From Octopus sinensis (Eukaryota), in the NCBI RefSeq assembly GCF_006345805.1, contig NC_042999.1, positions 1,736,001 to 1,800,000 on the forward strand: DNA of 64,000 nt, in the 5' to 3' direction. Each line of letters begins with the position of its first letter. Position 1 is the stretch's first letter. Below the pieces are notes generated by a model. The model saw nothing but the letters and a program-made list of their open reading frames with translations. It was not told the origin of the DNA and made no database searches. The position numbers were made by a program, and so were the translations under genes. Positions 1-12,465 of this stretch are shown one piece after another.

Positions 1-110
1 GACATGGAGTTACGTACAGGGTGGTGTTCATGTAAAGAGTTCAGGCCACTTGTGATCAAGGGAGACTTTGAACTGAGCGGTTGTCGGCATCTTCACTATC
101 TCGTCTGGCA
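1..110 (-). mobile_element. CR1-type LINE 3' end fragment (cut by window edge)
   Basis: Reverse complement aligns with few mismatches to 25638-25746, the C-terminal coding region and 3'UTR of the CR1-type fragment at 25429-25807. Confidence 0.8.
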
Positions 111-228
111 CTACTTCTGCTCGTGATCAGAGATGCACATATCGTCAGCCACTAAGGGACATACTCAACTGGTTAAAGTCAAACAACTGACAAGCAAATC
201 TGTGGTATGGAGCAGAATATTTGCTGTA
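111..228. repeat. Interspersed repeat of unknown class, copy 1
   Basis: TACTTCTGCTCGTGATCAGAGATGCACATATC...GCAGAATATTTGCTGTA recurs, diverged, at about 59433-59549. Confidence 0.65.
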
Positions 229-230
229 TA

Positions 231-261
<31 letters not shown>

Positions 262-657
262 CGTTAATATTGTTATTATAGAAGTCGCAGAGTATACAAT
301 ATTGTGAGGTTGTTCATTGAAAATATTGATGATTATGATGATGATTATGATGGCAGTGTTGATGATGATGTTAGCAATGGTGGAGGTTGATGTTGTTGTA
401 GGTGGGGATGATGATGATGGTTGTGGTGGTGATGGTGGTGATGATTCTGAGGAGGAGAAGTAAGAAACATTGGAAGAGGTGAAGAGGAAGTTGAAATAAG
501 AGTTGATTTCTTAATGACTGTGTTAAGATGTTGGCAGTACTAATGAGGACAATGATATATAATTAATGAAAATTTAGGGAGGTTGATTTGACAATTCATT
601 CACATAGACACAAGCTCTAACCCCCATTACCACCACCACCATCACCATGCATATATA

Positions 658-1072
658 CTCTTTACTCTTTACTCTTTTACTTGTTTCAGTCATTTGACTG
701 CGGCCATGCTGGAGCACCGCCTTTAGTCGAGCAAATCGACCCTGGGACTTATTCTTTGTAAGCCCAGTACTTATTCTATCGGTCTCTTTTTGCTGAACCG
801 CTAAGTGACGGGGACGTAAACACACCAGCATCGGTTGTCAAGCGATGTTGGGGGGACAAACACAGACACACAAACACACATACATACATATATATATATA
901 CGTATATACGACAGGCTTCTTTCAGTTTCTGTCTACCAGATCCACTCACAAGGCATTGGTCGGCCCGGGGCTATAGCAGAAGACACTTGCCCAAGATGCC
1001 ACGCAGTGGGACTGAACCCGGAACCATGTGGCTGGTTAGCAAGCTACTTACCACACAGCCACTCCTGCGCCT
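658..1072 (-). mobile_element. SINE-A, complete tRNA-headed SINE with internal TA/CA microsatellite
   Basis: Minus strand begins AGGCGCAGGAGTGGCTGTGTGGTAAG (A-box-like) and GGTTCAGTCCC (B-box-like), then TTGGGCAAGTGTCTT (CORE-like start). Ends AAACAAGTAAAAGAGTAAAGAG. More than 10 copies in the window. Confidence 0.85.
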
Positions 1073-1179
1073 ATACATATTATATTTGTGTGTGTGTGCA
1101 CTGAGGTGAATGTATATACAAACATATAAGTTCTTCACTAAATGCATGTCGATGGTAACAAGCAGAAATTTCTGTGCCA

Positions 1180-1457
1180 GTGCCACCTGACTGGCACCTG
1201 TGCTGGTGGCATTACAAAAGCATCATTCAAGCATGGCCAATGCTTGTGCCACCTGACTGGCCCCCATCCTGGTGGCACATAAAAAGCACCCACAACACTC
1301 TCAGAGTAGTTGGCATTAAGAAGGGCGTCCAGCTGTAGAAACCTCGCCAGATCAAATTGGAGCCTGGTGCAGCTTCCTGGCTTGCCAGTCCTCAGTCAAA
1401 TCCCATCCAACCCATGCCAGCATAGAAAGTGGATGTTAAACGATGACGACGATGATG
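1180..1457 (+). mobile_element. RTE 3'UTR-derived short copy (RTE-tail)
   Basis: Matches 32340-32596 (TTGGCATTAAGAAGGGCGTCCAGCTGTAGAAAC...CCAACCCATGCCAGCAT) and ends in a GAT-type tail. Confidence 0.75.
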
Positions 1458-1561
1458 TTTGTCAGAAAATATAAACACAGAGGAATGTAAAAGAGCTGTT
1501 TCCCCTTCTGTGGCAGATCTCATCAATGTGGCCATGCCCATCTCTTGTTCCCACTCGTCTA

Positions 1562-1742
1562 ATCGTCATCATAACCGTCATCATCATCATCATCCTCATC
1601 ATAATCGTCATCATCATCATTATAACCAACATCATCATCGTCATCATCATCATCATCATCATAACCATCATTGTCATCGTCATCATCATCATCATCATCA
1701 TCATCATAACCATCATCGTCATCATCATCATCATAACCGCCA
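1562..1742. repeat. (CAT)n microsatellite
   Basis: Imperfect CAT repeats; source of the poly-His/Ile/Met ORFs. Confidence 0.95.
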
Positions 1743-2075
1743 TCTCCCTGTAACTTAGATGTAAGGCCCTTGCTCTCTGCCCTTCACATCTTCCTCATTT
1801 TCCTCTGCTCTGTTTCCCTATTGGAGCAAGCAATATTTCTCTTCTAATGCAACACACTTTCTTTGTCTTGCATTACCACTGCCCCCCACCCCAGTCAAGG
1901 GGTCTTGTTTTGCTGTTTACTCAGTGACCTCACTCTGTAGAACGGTTGGTGTCAAGAACGGCATCCAGTCATAGAAACCCTGCCAATGCAGGTAGCGGAA
2001 GCTGGAGCAGTCTTCTGGTTTGCCAGTTCATATCAAATCACCCTAACCCATACCAGCATGGAAAGCGGACGTTAA

Positions 2076-2500
2076 ATGACAATGAGGATGACGATGATGA
2101 CGATGGTGGTTATGATGATGATGATGGTTAGGATAAAAATGATGATGATGATGATGGTTATGATGATAATGATAACGATGATGGTTATGATGATGGTTAT
2201 GATGATGATGATGACGATAACGGTGATGGTTATGATGATGATGATGATGACGATGACACTTATGATGATGATGATGATAATGATTATGACGACGATGGTT
2301 ATGATGATGATGACAATGAGAATGACGATGATGATAATGATGATGACAATGATGATGATGATGACAACAATGATGATGGTTATGATGGTGATGATGATGA
2401 AGATGACGATGGTTATAATGATGATGATGATGATCACAATGATGATGATGATCGCAATGATGACGACGATGATGGTTATGATGATGATGATGATGATGAT
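2076..2500. repeat. (GAT)n microsatellite following a diverged RTE-tail copy (about 1920-2080)
   Basis: Imperfect GAT/GGT repeats preceded by CCATACCAGCATGGAAAGCGGACGTTAAA. Confidence 0.9.
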
Positions 2501-3047
2501 TTAAAATGTATTACAATAATTATGAAATTTTGTCAAATGCATTTAATTCGTACTAATTATAATTTTTTTTCCCATTTCTTGTTTAACATACTATAATTAA
2601 TGTAGCTTCTAAATTCTGGAGAACATATTGCCCCGAAGATGACATGAAATATAGAAACAGTTTATCTACAATTATGGAGAAATTATTTGCTAAAGTTGAA
2701 ATCGAAGTAAATCTTAAAAGATAATTACAAAGAAATACCTTATTTTTTTAGAATACATTTCCAAGGCTGAGAAAAATATCTGCAGGGTTTCCCTCCTTTG
2801 CAAAAAAACAACAACAACAACCAGGCAGGCTGGAATTAACAGCAGCCAATTGAAAACATGTTTAAATTGAGATCCCAAATAGAACATTCATAAAATGCGT
2901 AGTGATGGCTGTGGATGGACGATATTTAAAGATGCTGGTTGGAAAAAGTTAAGGTAGATAATGTTGGTGAAGCTGATGGTTTTAGGTACACTGGTGTATG
3001 TACAGAAACACACATGACCACATGCACACACACACATGCATGTTGTA

Positions 3048-3452
3048 GAGTGGCAATGTGGTAAGATGTTTGCTTCCCAACTACATGGTTCCAGGTTCAG
3101 TCCCACTGCTTGGTACCCTTGACAACAAATGTTGTCTACTATAGCTTTGAGCTAACCAAAGTCTTGTGGATTTGGTACATGGAAACTGAAAGAAGCCTGT
3201 CATGTGTATGTATATATATGTATATGTATATATAAATATATATACATATATATATATAAGCATATATATACATATGTGTTTTCTGTGTCAGTTTCTGTAG
3301 AAGAGCGTAGGCTCGAAATGTAAAAGACTTTTTCTATTCCTGAGCGTTATACTAATACATCTGTTTGTTTTGTACACCACCTGCCTTCGTCTTTTGTTTT
3401 TTTCTTAAACTCTCCACATATATATATGTATATGCATATATATAATGTGTGC

Positions 3453-3485
<33 letters not shown>

Positions 3486-3745
3486 ATATATGTATATATC
3501 AATATATATATGTGTTTGTGTGTGTGTATATATATATATGTCTATGTATGTGAGTGTCTGTATTTCCATTACTGATCTACTGATTGACAATTGGTGGTGG
3601 TTTGTTTGCATCCCCATAACTTAGTGGCTTGGCACAAGAGACCAATCGAATAAGTACCAGGCTTTTTATTTTTTAAAAATAGAAACATCCTGCAGTCCAT
3701 TCATTTGACTAAAAAATTTTCAAGGGTGATGCCCCAGCATGGCCA
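3048..3745 (+). mobile_element. SINE-A, diverged, interrupted by an HH-family-3 fragment
   Basis: Head GAGTGGCAATGTGGTAAG...GGTTCAGTCCCACTG at 3048 and 3' part ending CCAGCATGGCCACAG near 3745, with an insert at about 3285-3416. Confidence 0.7.
3285..3416 (+). mobile_element. HH family 3 (Penelope pLTR-like) fragment
   Basis: Homologous to 18660-18800 (+) and 11037-11227 (-). Contains CTGTAGA-A-GAGC-GTAG-GCTC-GAAA-TG-TA-AAAGA. Confidence 0.65.
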
Positions 3746-3863
3746 CAGGGTCGATAAAATAAGTACCAGTTGTATACTGGTGTCGATCTAATCGACTGGC
3801 CCCCTCCCCCAAAAATTCAGGCCTTGTGCCTAGAATAGAAAAGAATATATGCTCAGAAATGAA

Positions 3864-4450
3864 GGTGGCAACCTGGCAGAAATGTTAGCACGCCGGACGA
3901 AATGCTTAGCGGTATTTCGTCTGTCATTACGTTCTGAATTCAAATTCTGCCGAGGTTGACTTTGCCTTTCATCCTTTCAAGGTCAATTAAATAAGTACCA
4001 TTTACACACTGGGATCGATATAATCAACATAATCCGTTTATCTGTCCTTATTTGTCCCCTTCGTGTTTTGCCCCTTGTGGGTAGTAAAGAAATTGGTATT
4101 TCGTTTGCCGCTACGTTCTGAGTTCAAATTCCACTGAAGTCAACTTTGCCTTTCATCCTTTCGGGGTCGATAAACTAAGTACCAGTTACGCACTGGGGTT
4201 GATGTTATTGGCTTAATCCCTTTGTCTGTCCTTATTTGTTCCCTCTGTGTTTAGCCCCTTGTGGGTAGTAAAGAAATAAGTATTTTGCCTGTCTTTGCAT
4301 GCTGAGTTCAATTTCTGCCAAATACAGCTTTGCCTTTCATCCTTTCAGAGTCGATAAAGTAAGTACCAGTTTTGTACTTGGGTTGATCTAATCGACTTGC
4401 TCCCTTCCCAAAAATATCAGCCCTTGTACCTAGAGTAGAAAGGAATATAA
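3864..4450 (+). mobile_element. SINE-B: one head plus three tandem ~184-bp bodies
   Basis: Head GGTGGCAACCTGGCAGAAATGTTAGCACG. B-box-like GTTCTGAGTTCAAATT recurs at about 3931, 4115 and 4299. Each unit has TTTGCCTTTCATCCTTTCGGGGTCGATAAA. Confidence 0.8.
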
Positions 4451-4562
4451 AAGCCTATCAGGTATTGGGGTTGGTGTAATTGACTAACATCCTTCTCCTA
4501 AATTGCTGGCCTTGTGTCGAAATTTGAAATCAGTATACTATAACTAGATATATTATTGATAA

Positions 4563-4927
4563 CTAGCACTATGACCCGGCAACGCCAGGTCATAGTGCTA
4601 GTGCATGCATATACAGCTGCGTGCGTGCGCACATACACTTGAGTACTGTCCAAATCTCCGACCAATCACATACAGCTAGCTGGTATTGAATTGGCGTATC
4701 AAGTATCGGGCATTTTGGTTGGGTTTTGGATAGAAAATTCACAAAAAAGTCACTTCTATTGATTTTTTTAAAGGCTCTGCGAGGTGACTGGGGAAATGTA
4801 AAGATGTGCACGACCACACTTGGACGGTTTTGAATGACCATAGAAAGTGCGAGCCCTCTAACTGAAAAACTGCGGATTTGTAAAAAGGACACGCACACAG
4901 ATATTTTGCCGTTTATATATAGAGAGA
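4563..4927 (-). mobile_element. Non-autonomous Helitron-like element
   Basis: Minus strand reads A|TCTCTCTATATATAAA at the 5' end and CTAG|T at the 3' end, with terminal hairpin ACTAGCACTATGACC-cggcaacgcca-GGTCATAGTGCTAGT (4562-4602). Same termini occur at 51475-52221. Confidence 0.75.
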
Positions 4928-5529
4928 TTATTGCTGAAAAGATGAGCGAATAAGGCTTATTGTATTGGTTTAACGTTTTGGTGAGGTCTTCTTGTGTGAA
5001 ATGGCAAGTTAACGAAGCCAGGTGTTACAAGTTATTGAATCAGTGAGAGAGGCAGAAGGAGGAAAATAGTTCAACAGAGAGGAAAAAAGACAGATAGATA
5101 GAAAGAGAGGGGAAAACTGATCGATAAAAAGGGTGATAAAGAGCAAAGAATCCTACGAATAACGGAATATATTCTTGTATTAATTCCTAAATTCCTTACT
5201 TTACTAATTGATCAGTTCCAGAAACCTGAAATTGGATTCATAAGAGAAAATGGTTTCCAAGTTGAACCCATTTAGCATGTGACCTGTTCTATGTCCTTCT
5301 TCAGTGAAAGGTCGCATGATGGCTGCTTGATAACTCCCACTATGTGAGGCAGGCTGGCTAACCTATTCTTCTCATAGCAGCTCAGCTGAGAAAATTAAGG
5401 TAACTTAACAAAACCACACACAGTCTCAGAATTATTGATACCATATCGGTTTTCTATGTGATAACTCATTTTTCAATCCGTTCTTTTTTTCATTCTGATA
5501 TTCTTTTATTGGAATGTAACATGTATCGC

Positions 5530-5886
5530 TTGGAGCACCACCTTTACTCGAGCAAACTGACCCCAGGACTTATTCTTTGTAAGCCCTAATACTTATTCTA
5601 TCAGTCTCTTTTTGCCAACCACTAAGTTACTGGGACGTAAACACACCAGCATCGGTGTCAAGCAATGGAGGGTGGACAACACCAGACACACAAACACACA
5701 TACATACATATATATATGTGTGTATATATATTATATACTATATATATATATATATATATATACTATACATATATATATATATACATATATATATATACAT
5801 GTATATATATATATATATATATACATTATATACATATATATAATATATATACATAATCTATATTATATATATATATATATATGTAT

Positions 5887-5938
<52 letters not shown>

Positions 5939-5943
5939 ATACA

Positions 5944-6042
<99 letters not shown>

Positions 6043-6097
6043 TATATATATTATATGTATATATATATATGATATTATATATTATATATATATTATT

Positions 6098-6150
<53 letters not shown>

Positions 6151-6320
6151 ATATATACGACAAGCTTCTTTCGTTTCCATCTACCAAGTCCACTCACAAG
6201 GCTTGGTCAGCCCGAGGCTATAGTAGAAGACACTGCCCAAGGTGCCCCACAGTGGGACTGAACCCGGTTCCATGTGGTTCATAAGCAAGCTACTTACCAC
6301 ACAGCCACTCCTATGCTTAT
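5530..6320 (-). mobile_element. SINE-A with ~450-bp expanded internal (TA)n tract
   Basis: SINE-A 3' half at 5530-5700 and 5' half at 6155-6320, separated by TA-rich repeats. Confidence 0.8.
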
Positions 6321-6909
6321 ATATGTATATGATACATATATAATACAAAATCATGTTACAAATCCGAATCCAAAACTGGGAGAGAAAATAGGAAAAAGAG
6401 GAAGAAAGTAAGAAAAATAAAGTCAACTGGTCACACACCACTCAGTTCAATGGAACCTCCTGAAGCAAGCCAAGACGCTTGCAGCATTACTGCAGGCGAT
6501 CTTTTATACTGCTCTGAAATTGTTAAATATTTCATGGAGTGCTTGGTTTTGTATGAATTAAGATGTGTTCTTGACTGGTACACACATACGCATAGCACAC
6601 ACACACACACACACACACATATTTATACATTCAGTCATCAAGTGCATTGCATAAGAAGACATGATGTTTACATTTGTGCATTACATAGTGTGTTACATTA
6701 CAGCCTTAAAGCAAATCCTTGTTAAGATGCTAGTATATTATTTATCAAATTCGCTTCCCAATATGCTATAAAACAGAAAATCAGTTCTTAAAAATTAGAC
6801 CATTGCTAATAGGGATGTAACAGATCCCTTTCTTTGAATTCGAACCTTGGAATGTAATAATTCGAATGTCAAAACTGCTGATGAATAACGTTATGCTACC
6901 TTGGTCATA

Positions 6910-7533
6910 CAGGGTGTTCCAAAAGTCTCTCCGCAGTGATTTTTTTTTCATCCTGCACATGTATTTCAAAACATGTGTAGAAGAGTCAACTTCTGTATTG
7001 AAAATGAAGGACAACACTTTCAACATGTCTTATAAAGTTTATTTAAAGTCTTGTAAAGTCTATATTCTTCTGTACTTACTTACTTGTACTTGTGACAGCA
7101 TTCACCCAGGATGGGTTGAGCCGGCTTCCTCTCTGAGAAAAAGTTTCATGGGAATATTGACTTCACAAACAGTCCCTGACATCCTGCATGCAATCCCGAG
7201 TCATGGGATGCCCTGTTTGCCATGGAGTCTCCACAGACGCAGGGACAGAACGACCTAGAAGTCACCGGTTGCCGATCAGACACCTCTTGGAATTTTCACC
7301 AGAGCCCAGTTGGCCAGGCTGCAGCCCTAATACTGCTCGGTGCCAGACCAATCTGCCTTGGGTGGCCTTACCAAAAACCAAAGTTCTCGATGGCATAGCT
7401 CTGACACTGCCCGTTTACACCACCCTACCGCTTTGAGGAGGGGTTGGACATTATGGTAGCATTCTTCTGTAGTCTTATAAATAATTATTTTGCAATAAAA
7501 TACTTACTGCAGAGAGACTTTTTGAACACCCTG
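6910..7533. mobile_element. Tc1/mariner-type MITE (624 bp)
   Basis: 28-bp TIRs CAGGGTGTTCCAAAAGTCTCTCCGCAGT (6910-6937) and ACTGCAGAGAGACTTTTTGAACACCCTG (7506-7533), 2 mismatches. Left flank TA, right flank CA. Confidence 0.8.
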
Positions 7534-8385
7534 CATTATCCAGAGCTAAATTTTCCCATATCTCTAAACCCTATTATAACACCTACTAGCATTTTTCCAG
7601 TCAATCATCTTTGATACCAGTTTTGTATAGGTTTTGATAAACAAAAAAGGAAAGAAAAACTTTTCCTACCTAAAGGGTCTCATGGAACATTCAAAAACAT
7701 TTTAGTGAACGTATAAAAAGCCCCTGGTGTTCTGATCTCAACATGGAATTGTCTTATTGTGGCCAAAGCTCATGTGACTTCAGACACATTTCTTCTAAGG
7801 TAATACACATCCCTCATCTTTCTAAGAGATTATATTTGCTGCAACACAAAGCTACATTTAACGTTTGTACGAAACCTCTCACCTTTCATCTTATGGCAAA
7901 TTCCTTAATTCTCCATTTACACACATAACATGCAATTAACAAACTGAACATTATGTCTATTAAAAACGTTTGGTGTTATTAATAAACAATGTCGAAAATA
8001 AATCTTTCTTGTCAACTTGATATTACTATTACACGTTTAAGATGTTAATTGTAACACAACTCTACAGGCAGATAAAACAAATACTCAGTTGCTCGTTAAA
8101 TCCTAACAAAAGATTGAATCTATTTCAGCTGATCATTCATTTTTCTCCATGGAGATATTGTAGATGAAGTCAAGGCTTTTACGTTTCTAATATACAGCAT
8201 TGGCTAAAATCTCTAGATATACTTTGAGCTATGAAATATTGATAGAACCCCTGTCCAAGGTACCACACGATGGGACTGAACTCACACAATGGGACTTGAA
8301 ATCATGTGGTTGAGAAGTGAACTATTTAATAACAGAGCCTGATTGCACAGGTGTGTGTGTGTTGAGTAAGAATAGGGATTTGAAG

Positions 8386-8614
8386 TTGGCGAGCTGGCGG
8401 AAACAGGAGCACGCCGGGCAAAATGCTTTGTGGTATTTTGTCTGCTGTTACATTCTGAGTTCAAATTCCTCCGAGGTTGACTTTGCCTTTCATCCTTTCG
8501 GGGTTGATAGATTAATTACCAGTTATGCACTGGGGTCGATGTAATAAACTTAATCCCTTTGTCTGTCCTTGTTTGTCCCCTCTATGTTTAACCCCTTGTT
8601 GGCAATAAAGAAAT
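8386..8614 (+). mobile_element. SINE-B, single copy with 18-bp TSD
   Basis: GGCGAGCTGGCGGAAAC head. Flanked by AAGAATAGGGATTTGAAG at 8368-8385 and 8615-8632. Confidence 0.85.
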
Positions 8615-8774
8615 AAGAATAGGGATTTGAAGAATGAAAAGAGATCTTGCATTACGGTCTTTGCTGAATGTATGTCTAACAAGAATCACCATAGTTGAGG
8701 TTAAGATGCATCTTCGTGCCATGCTGAAAATCCAGGAGATACAATGGTGGAAATAATGTATATAAACAGAACAT

Positions 8775-9184
8775 AGGCACAGGAGTGGCTGTGTGGTAAG
8801 TAGCTTGCTAACCAACTACATGGTTCCGGGTTCAGTCTCACTGCGTGGCATCTTGGTCAAGTGTCTTCTGCTATAGCCCCGGGCCAACCAATGCCTTGTG
8901 AGTGGATTTGGTAGATGGAAACTAAAAGAAGCCTGTCGTATATATGTATATATATGTATGTGTGTGTGTTTGTGTGTCTGTGTTTGTTCCCCTAGCATTG
9001 CTTGACAACCAATGCTGGTGTGTTTACGTCCCCGTCACCTAGCGGTTCGGCAAAAAGAGACCGATAGAATAAGTAGTGGGCTTACAAAAAGAATAAGTCC
9101 CGGGTTGAGTTGCTTGACTAAAAGGCAGTGATCCAGCATGGCCGCAGTCAAATGACTGAAACAAGTAAAAGAGAGAATAAAGAG
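8775..9184 (+). mobile_element. SINE-A, complete
   Basis: AGGCACAGGAGTGGCTGTGTGGTAAG head through the GACTGAAACAAGTAAAAGAG tail. Confidence 0.85.
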
Positions 9185-9573
9185 TATACAAAAGTAAGAT
9201 GAAAAGGTGGATGTTTGTTCAATTTCTTTACAGCTGTTTCATAACCTTGTTTGCTATAAAATTTCCAGGTGTTTTTGGAAAATAATTTTTCAGATCAAAG
9301 TATTTTATAGGTTAATATTTTTTTCAAAAAGAATTGTTACATCAGTCTAGAAGGCATTTTTTTACTCTGTCAACATAGCGTGCTCACATAGAAATTGAAA
9401 ATGAAAACATGTACAAAGTGGAACAGAGTGATTACTCAGTTCAAGGTCAGGATCTTATCCCTCTTGTCAACATCTGGTTGCCTTGATCATGTATGTGGCA
9501 CACAAACACACACACATACACACACACATGTATGCATGTACTCCTAAATAGGCTTTCATACGTCACATATATA

Positions 9574-9792
9574 TATTTCTTTACTACCCACAAGGGGCTA
9601 AACACAGAGGGGACAGAAAAACGGATTAAGTCAATTAGATCGACCCCAGTATGTAACTGGTACTTAATTTATCGACCCCGAAAGGATGAAAGGCTAAGTC
9701 GACCTCAGCGGAATTTGAACCCAGAATGTAACAGCAGACGAAATACGGCTACGCATTTCGCCCGGCGTGCTAACATTTCTGCCAGCTTGCCG
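9574..9792 (-). mobile_element. SINE-B with 17-bp TSD
   Basis: Full SINE-B on the minus strand. CATACGTCACATATATA at 9557-9573 and 9793-9809. Confidence 0.85.
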
Positions 9793-10109
9793 CATACGTC
9801 ACATATATAGTTTCCTTCCCCCCTTCTCTCTCTCTCACGCATGTGTGCAGGTACAGATCTAGAGAGAACGTATAAGAGCCAGGAAGTGAGATAGTTGGAG
9901 GTGAAGAATTTTCAAAAATTTATCAAAAACCTGGACAGATTCAGAGAAAAATTACAAAACATATAACCTGGAAGATTTCGAAAGATGTTTACAAGTTTAC
10001 AAGACAAAGCAAGACATTTTCTATGTTTGAAAGGTGACTTATGAGATGGTATCTAGTATTTAAGAATTAATTTTCTCTCATGTGTGCAGAGGCTGAAGTC
10101 TCTGTCTTA

Positions 10110-10338
10110 TTTCTTTATTGCCCACAAGGGGCTAGACATAGAGGGCACAAACAAGAACAGACAAAGGGATTAAGTCAATTACATCGACCCCAGTGCATAA
10201 CTGGTACTTAATTTATCAACACCGAAAGAATGAAAGGCAAAGTCGACCTTGGCAGAATTTGAACTCAGAACGTAATGGCAGACGAAAAACCGGTAAGCTT
10301 TTCGCCCTTTTCTGCCAGCTCACTGCCTTTAAATGGAG
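10110..10338 (-). mobile_element. SINE-B with 16-bp TSD
   Basis: TGAAGTCTCTGTCTTA at 10094-10109 and 10339-10354 flanks a minus-strand SINE-B. Confidence 0.8.
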
Positions 10339-11036
10339 TGAAGTCTCTGTCTTAGCCTTAAGTTAATATTCTTTTCAACTTTCTAACAATTAAGGGTTTT
10401 CTGCAATAACATTTACAATATGTATTTCTCAATAATCTTTGCTTTTCAATTTCAACTATCATTCCACTAGGCAAAGTTTCGTATTCCTGGATCTCAAGGA
10501 AATAACTCTATGAGTGCCAGGAACAACAAACAAAATATCCAATCATAATGACACAGTTTTGAAAACAGACATGTGTTGCCTCTCCCAGTTCAGATGCATC
10601 TCATCAGGTGTCCAGTTTTTAAAAAACACACCTCACTAAATACACTCAGTTTCGCTTGGCATGTTCTTGTTGCCAGTAGGATGTTGGCTATAACAACAGG
10701 GGATGGATACAATTTCCGGGTTATGACCGGTTAATGGATCTGGCTATAGGTCATAGTGAATACATAAAATAGATGAAAATACACACACACACACACATAT
10801 ATACACATGTACATTTGGATATACATATATATAAATGTACATATATACATATATAGAGTGTGGCTGTATGGCAAGAAGCTTGCTTCTGAGCCACAAGGTT
10901 CTGGTTTCAATACCACTGTGTGGTAACTTTGGCAAGTGTCTTCTACTACAGGCTCGGGCCTCCTAAAGCCATGTGAGTGGATTTCGTAGATGGAAACTAA
11001 AAGAAGCCTATAATATATATATATATATATATATAT

Positions 11037-11227
11037 AGGGAGAGTTTACGAAAAAACAAAAGACGAAGACAGGTGGTGTACAAAATAAACAGATGTATTA
11101 GTATAACGCTCGGGAATAGAAAAAGTCTTTTATGTTTTGAGCCTATGCTCTTCTACAGAAAGGAACGCAGAAAAAAACAAGGAGAGAAAAAAAATATGTG
11201 TAGTTGCTAATGATCTATCATGGCGAC
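11037..11227 (-). mobile_element. HH family 3 fragment (degenerate hammerhead fold)
   Basis: Reverse complement of 18596-18800. The minus strand has CTGTAGA-A-GAGC-ATAG-GCTC-AAAA (GAAA mutated). Confidence 0.65.
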
Positions 11228-11240
11228 TGTATATATATAT

Positions 11241-11478
11241 ACTGGAGTAAGCAGATAAATGTGAAACAAGGTGGAAAAAAGAGTACTCAAATACCAGAGG
11301 TAGAATAATATGCTTTATTTAAAAACAGCAGAAATATAACAAAAGCTGTTACTCAGACTTTCCCGTTCTCGTTCTGCAGACAGTTTTGCTGAAAACTGTC
11401 CGAAAAACGAGAACGTGAAACTCTGAGTAACAGCTTTTCAGCTTTTGTTATATTTCTGCTGCTTTTAAATAAGGCATA
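11241..11478. mobile_element. HH family 2 fragment with inverted duplication (~170-bp palindrome)
   Basis: Arms 11309-11387 and 11392-11478 are reverse complements around a GCTG loop. Homologous to 52683-52770. Confidence 0.7.
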
Positions 11479-11495
11479 TACATATATATATATAT

Positions 11496-11534
<39 letters not shown>

Positions 11535-12139
11535 GCATGTATGTCTTTGTGTCTGTGTTTGTCCTTTCTCCACTGCTTTGACAATGAGTGTTGGTGTGTT
11601 TATGTCACTGTAAGTTACTGGTTCAGCAAAAGAGACCAATAGAAGAAATACATGGCTTAAAAAGGAAAAAAGCAAAAAAAGCAGTGGGACCCGATTCATT
11701 TGACAAAAATACTTCAAAGCAGTGCCCCAGCATGGCTGCAGACTAATGACTGAGACAAACGAAGACAAGAGATTCATATATATACATACACATGTGCCTG
11801 TGTACATGTGCGCATAATACATATGGAACACTTATTCTTTAACCTGTCACTGGCATATGTAGATGCTAAGAGGGAAACCTTTTATTTAGAAACATGTTGT
11901 ATTTGAACAATTTGTAAGTTTGTGTTGTGTAAAGAGTCATTAGAAGATAATGTATTGCACTCGCGTCACTTGGGAATTGTTCCAATATGCTTAGTTGGTC
12001 TTAGAACACACAGACTTCTTTTAACATCTCCTTTATCCTGAATAGGTCAACCAACTCTAGCATTTCCCATATGTGGAGACAAACAATAGACTCTGGAGAT
12101 AGCATTAAATTATTGAAACACATATGAAAGGAACACATA

Positions 12140-12191
12140 GGCATATATAGGCATATATATATATATATGTGTGTGTGTTTGCATGTATTTG

Positions 12192-12222
<31 letters not shown>

Positions 12223-12236
12223 ATATTATATATATA

Positions 12237-12267
<31 letters not shown>

Positions 12268-12282
12268 CATACATACATATAA

Positions 12283-12314
<32 letters not shown>

Positions 12315-12408
12315 ATATATATATGTATATGTATATTTATATATCATATATCTATATCTATATCTATCTATCTATCTATATCTATATCTATCTATCTATC
12401 TATCTATC

Positions 12409-12465
<57 letters not shown>

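Larger units (their letters stand above)
10857..11770 (+). mobile_element. SINE-A split by two Penelope pLTR-like inserts
   Basis: 5' half at 10857-11010 and 3' half at 11540-11770. The internal TA tract hosts inserts at 11037-11227 and 11241-11478. Confidence 0.7.

Noticed and set aside
3864-4450. Regularly spaced repeats as a possible CRISPR-like array
   Set aside because: Units are ~184-bp SINE bodies without unique spacers, in a eukaryotic context with no cas genes.
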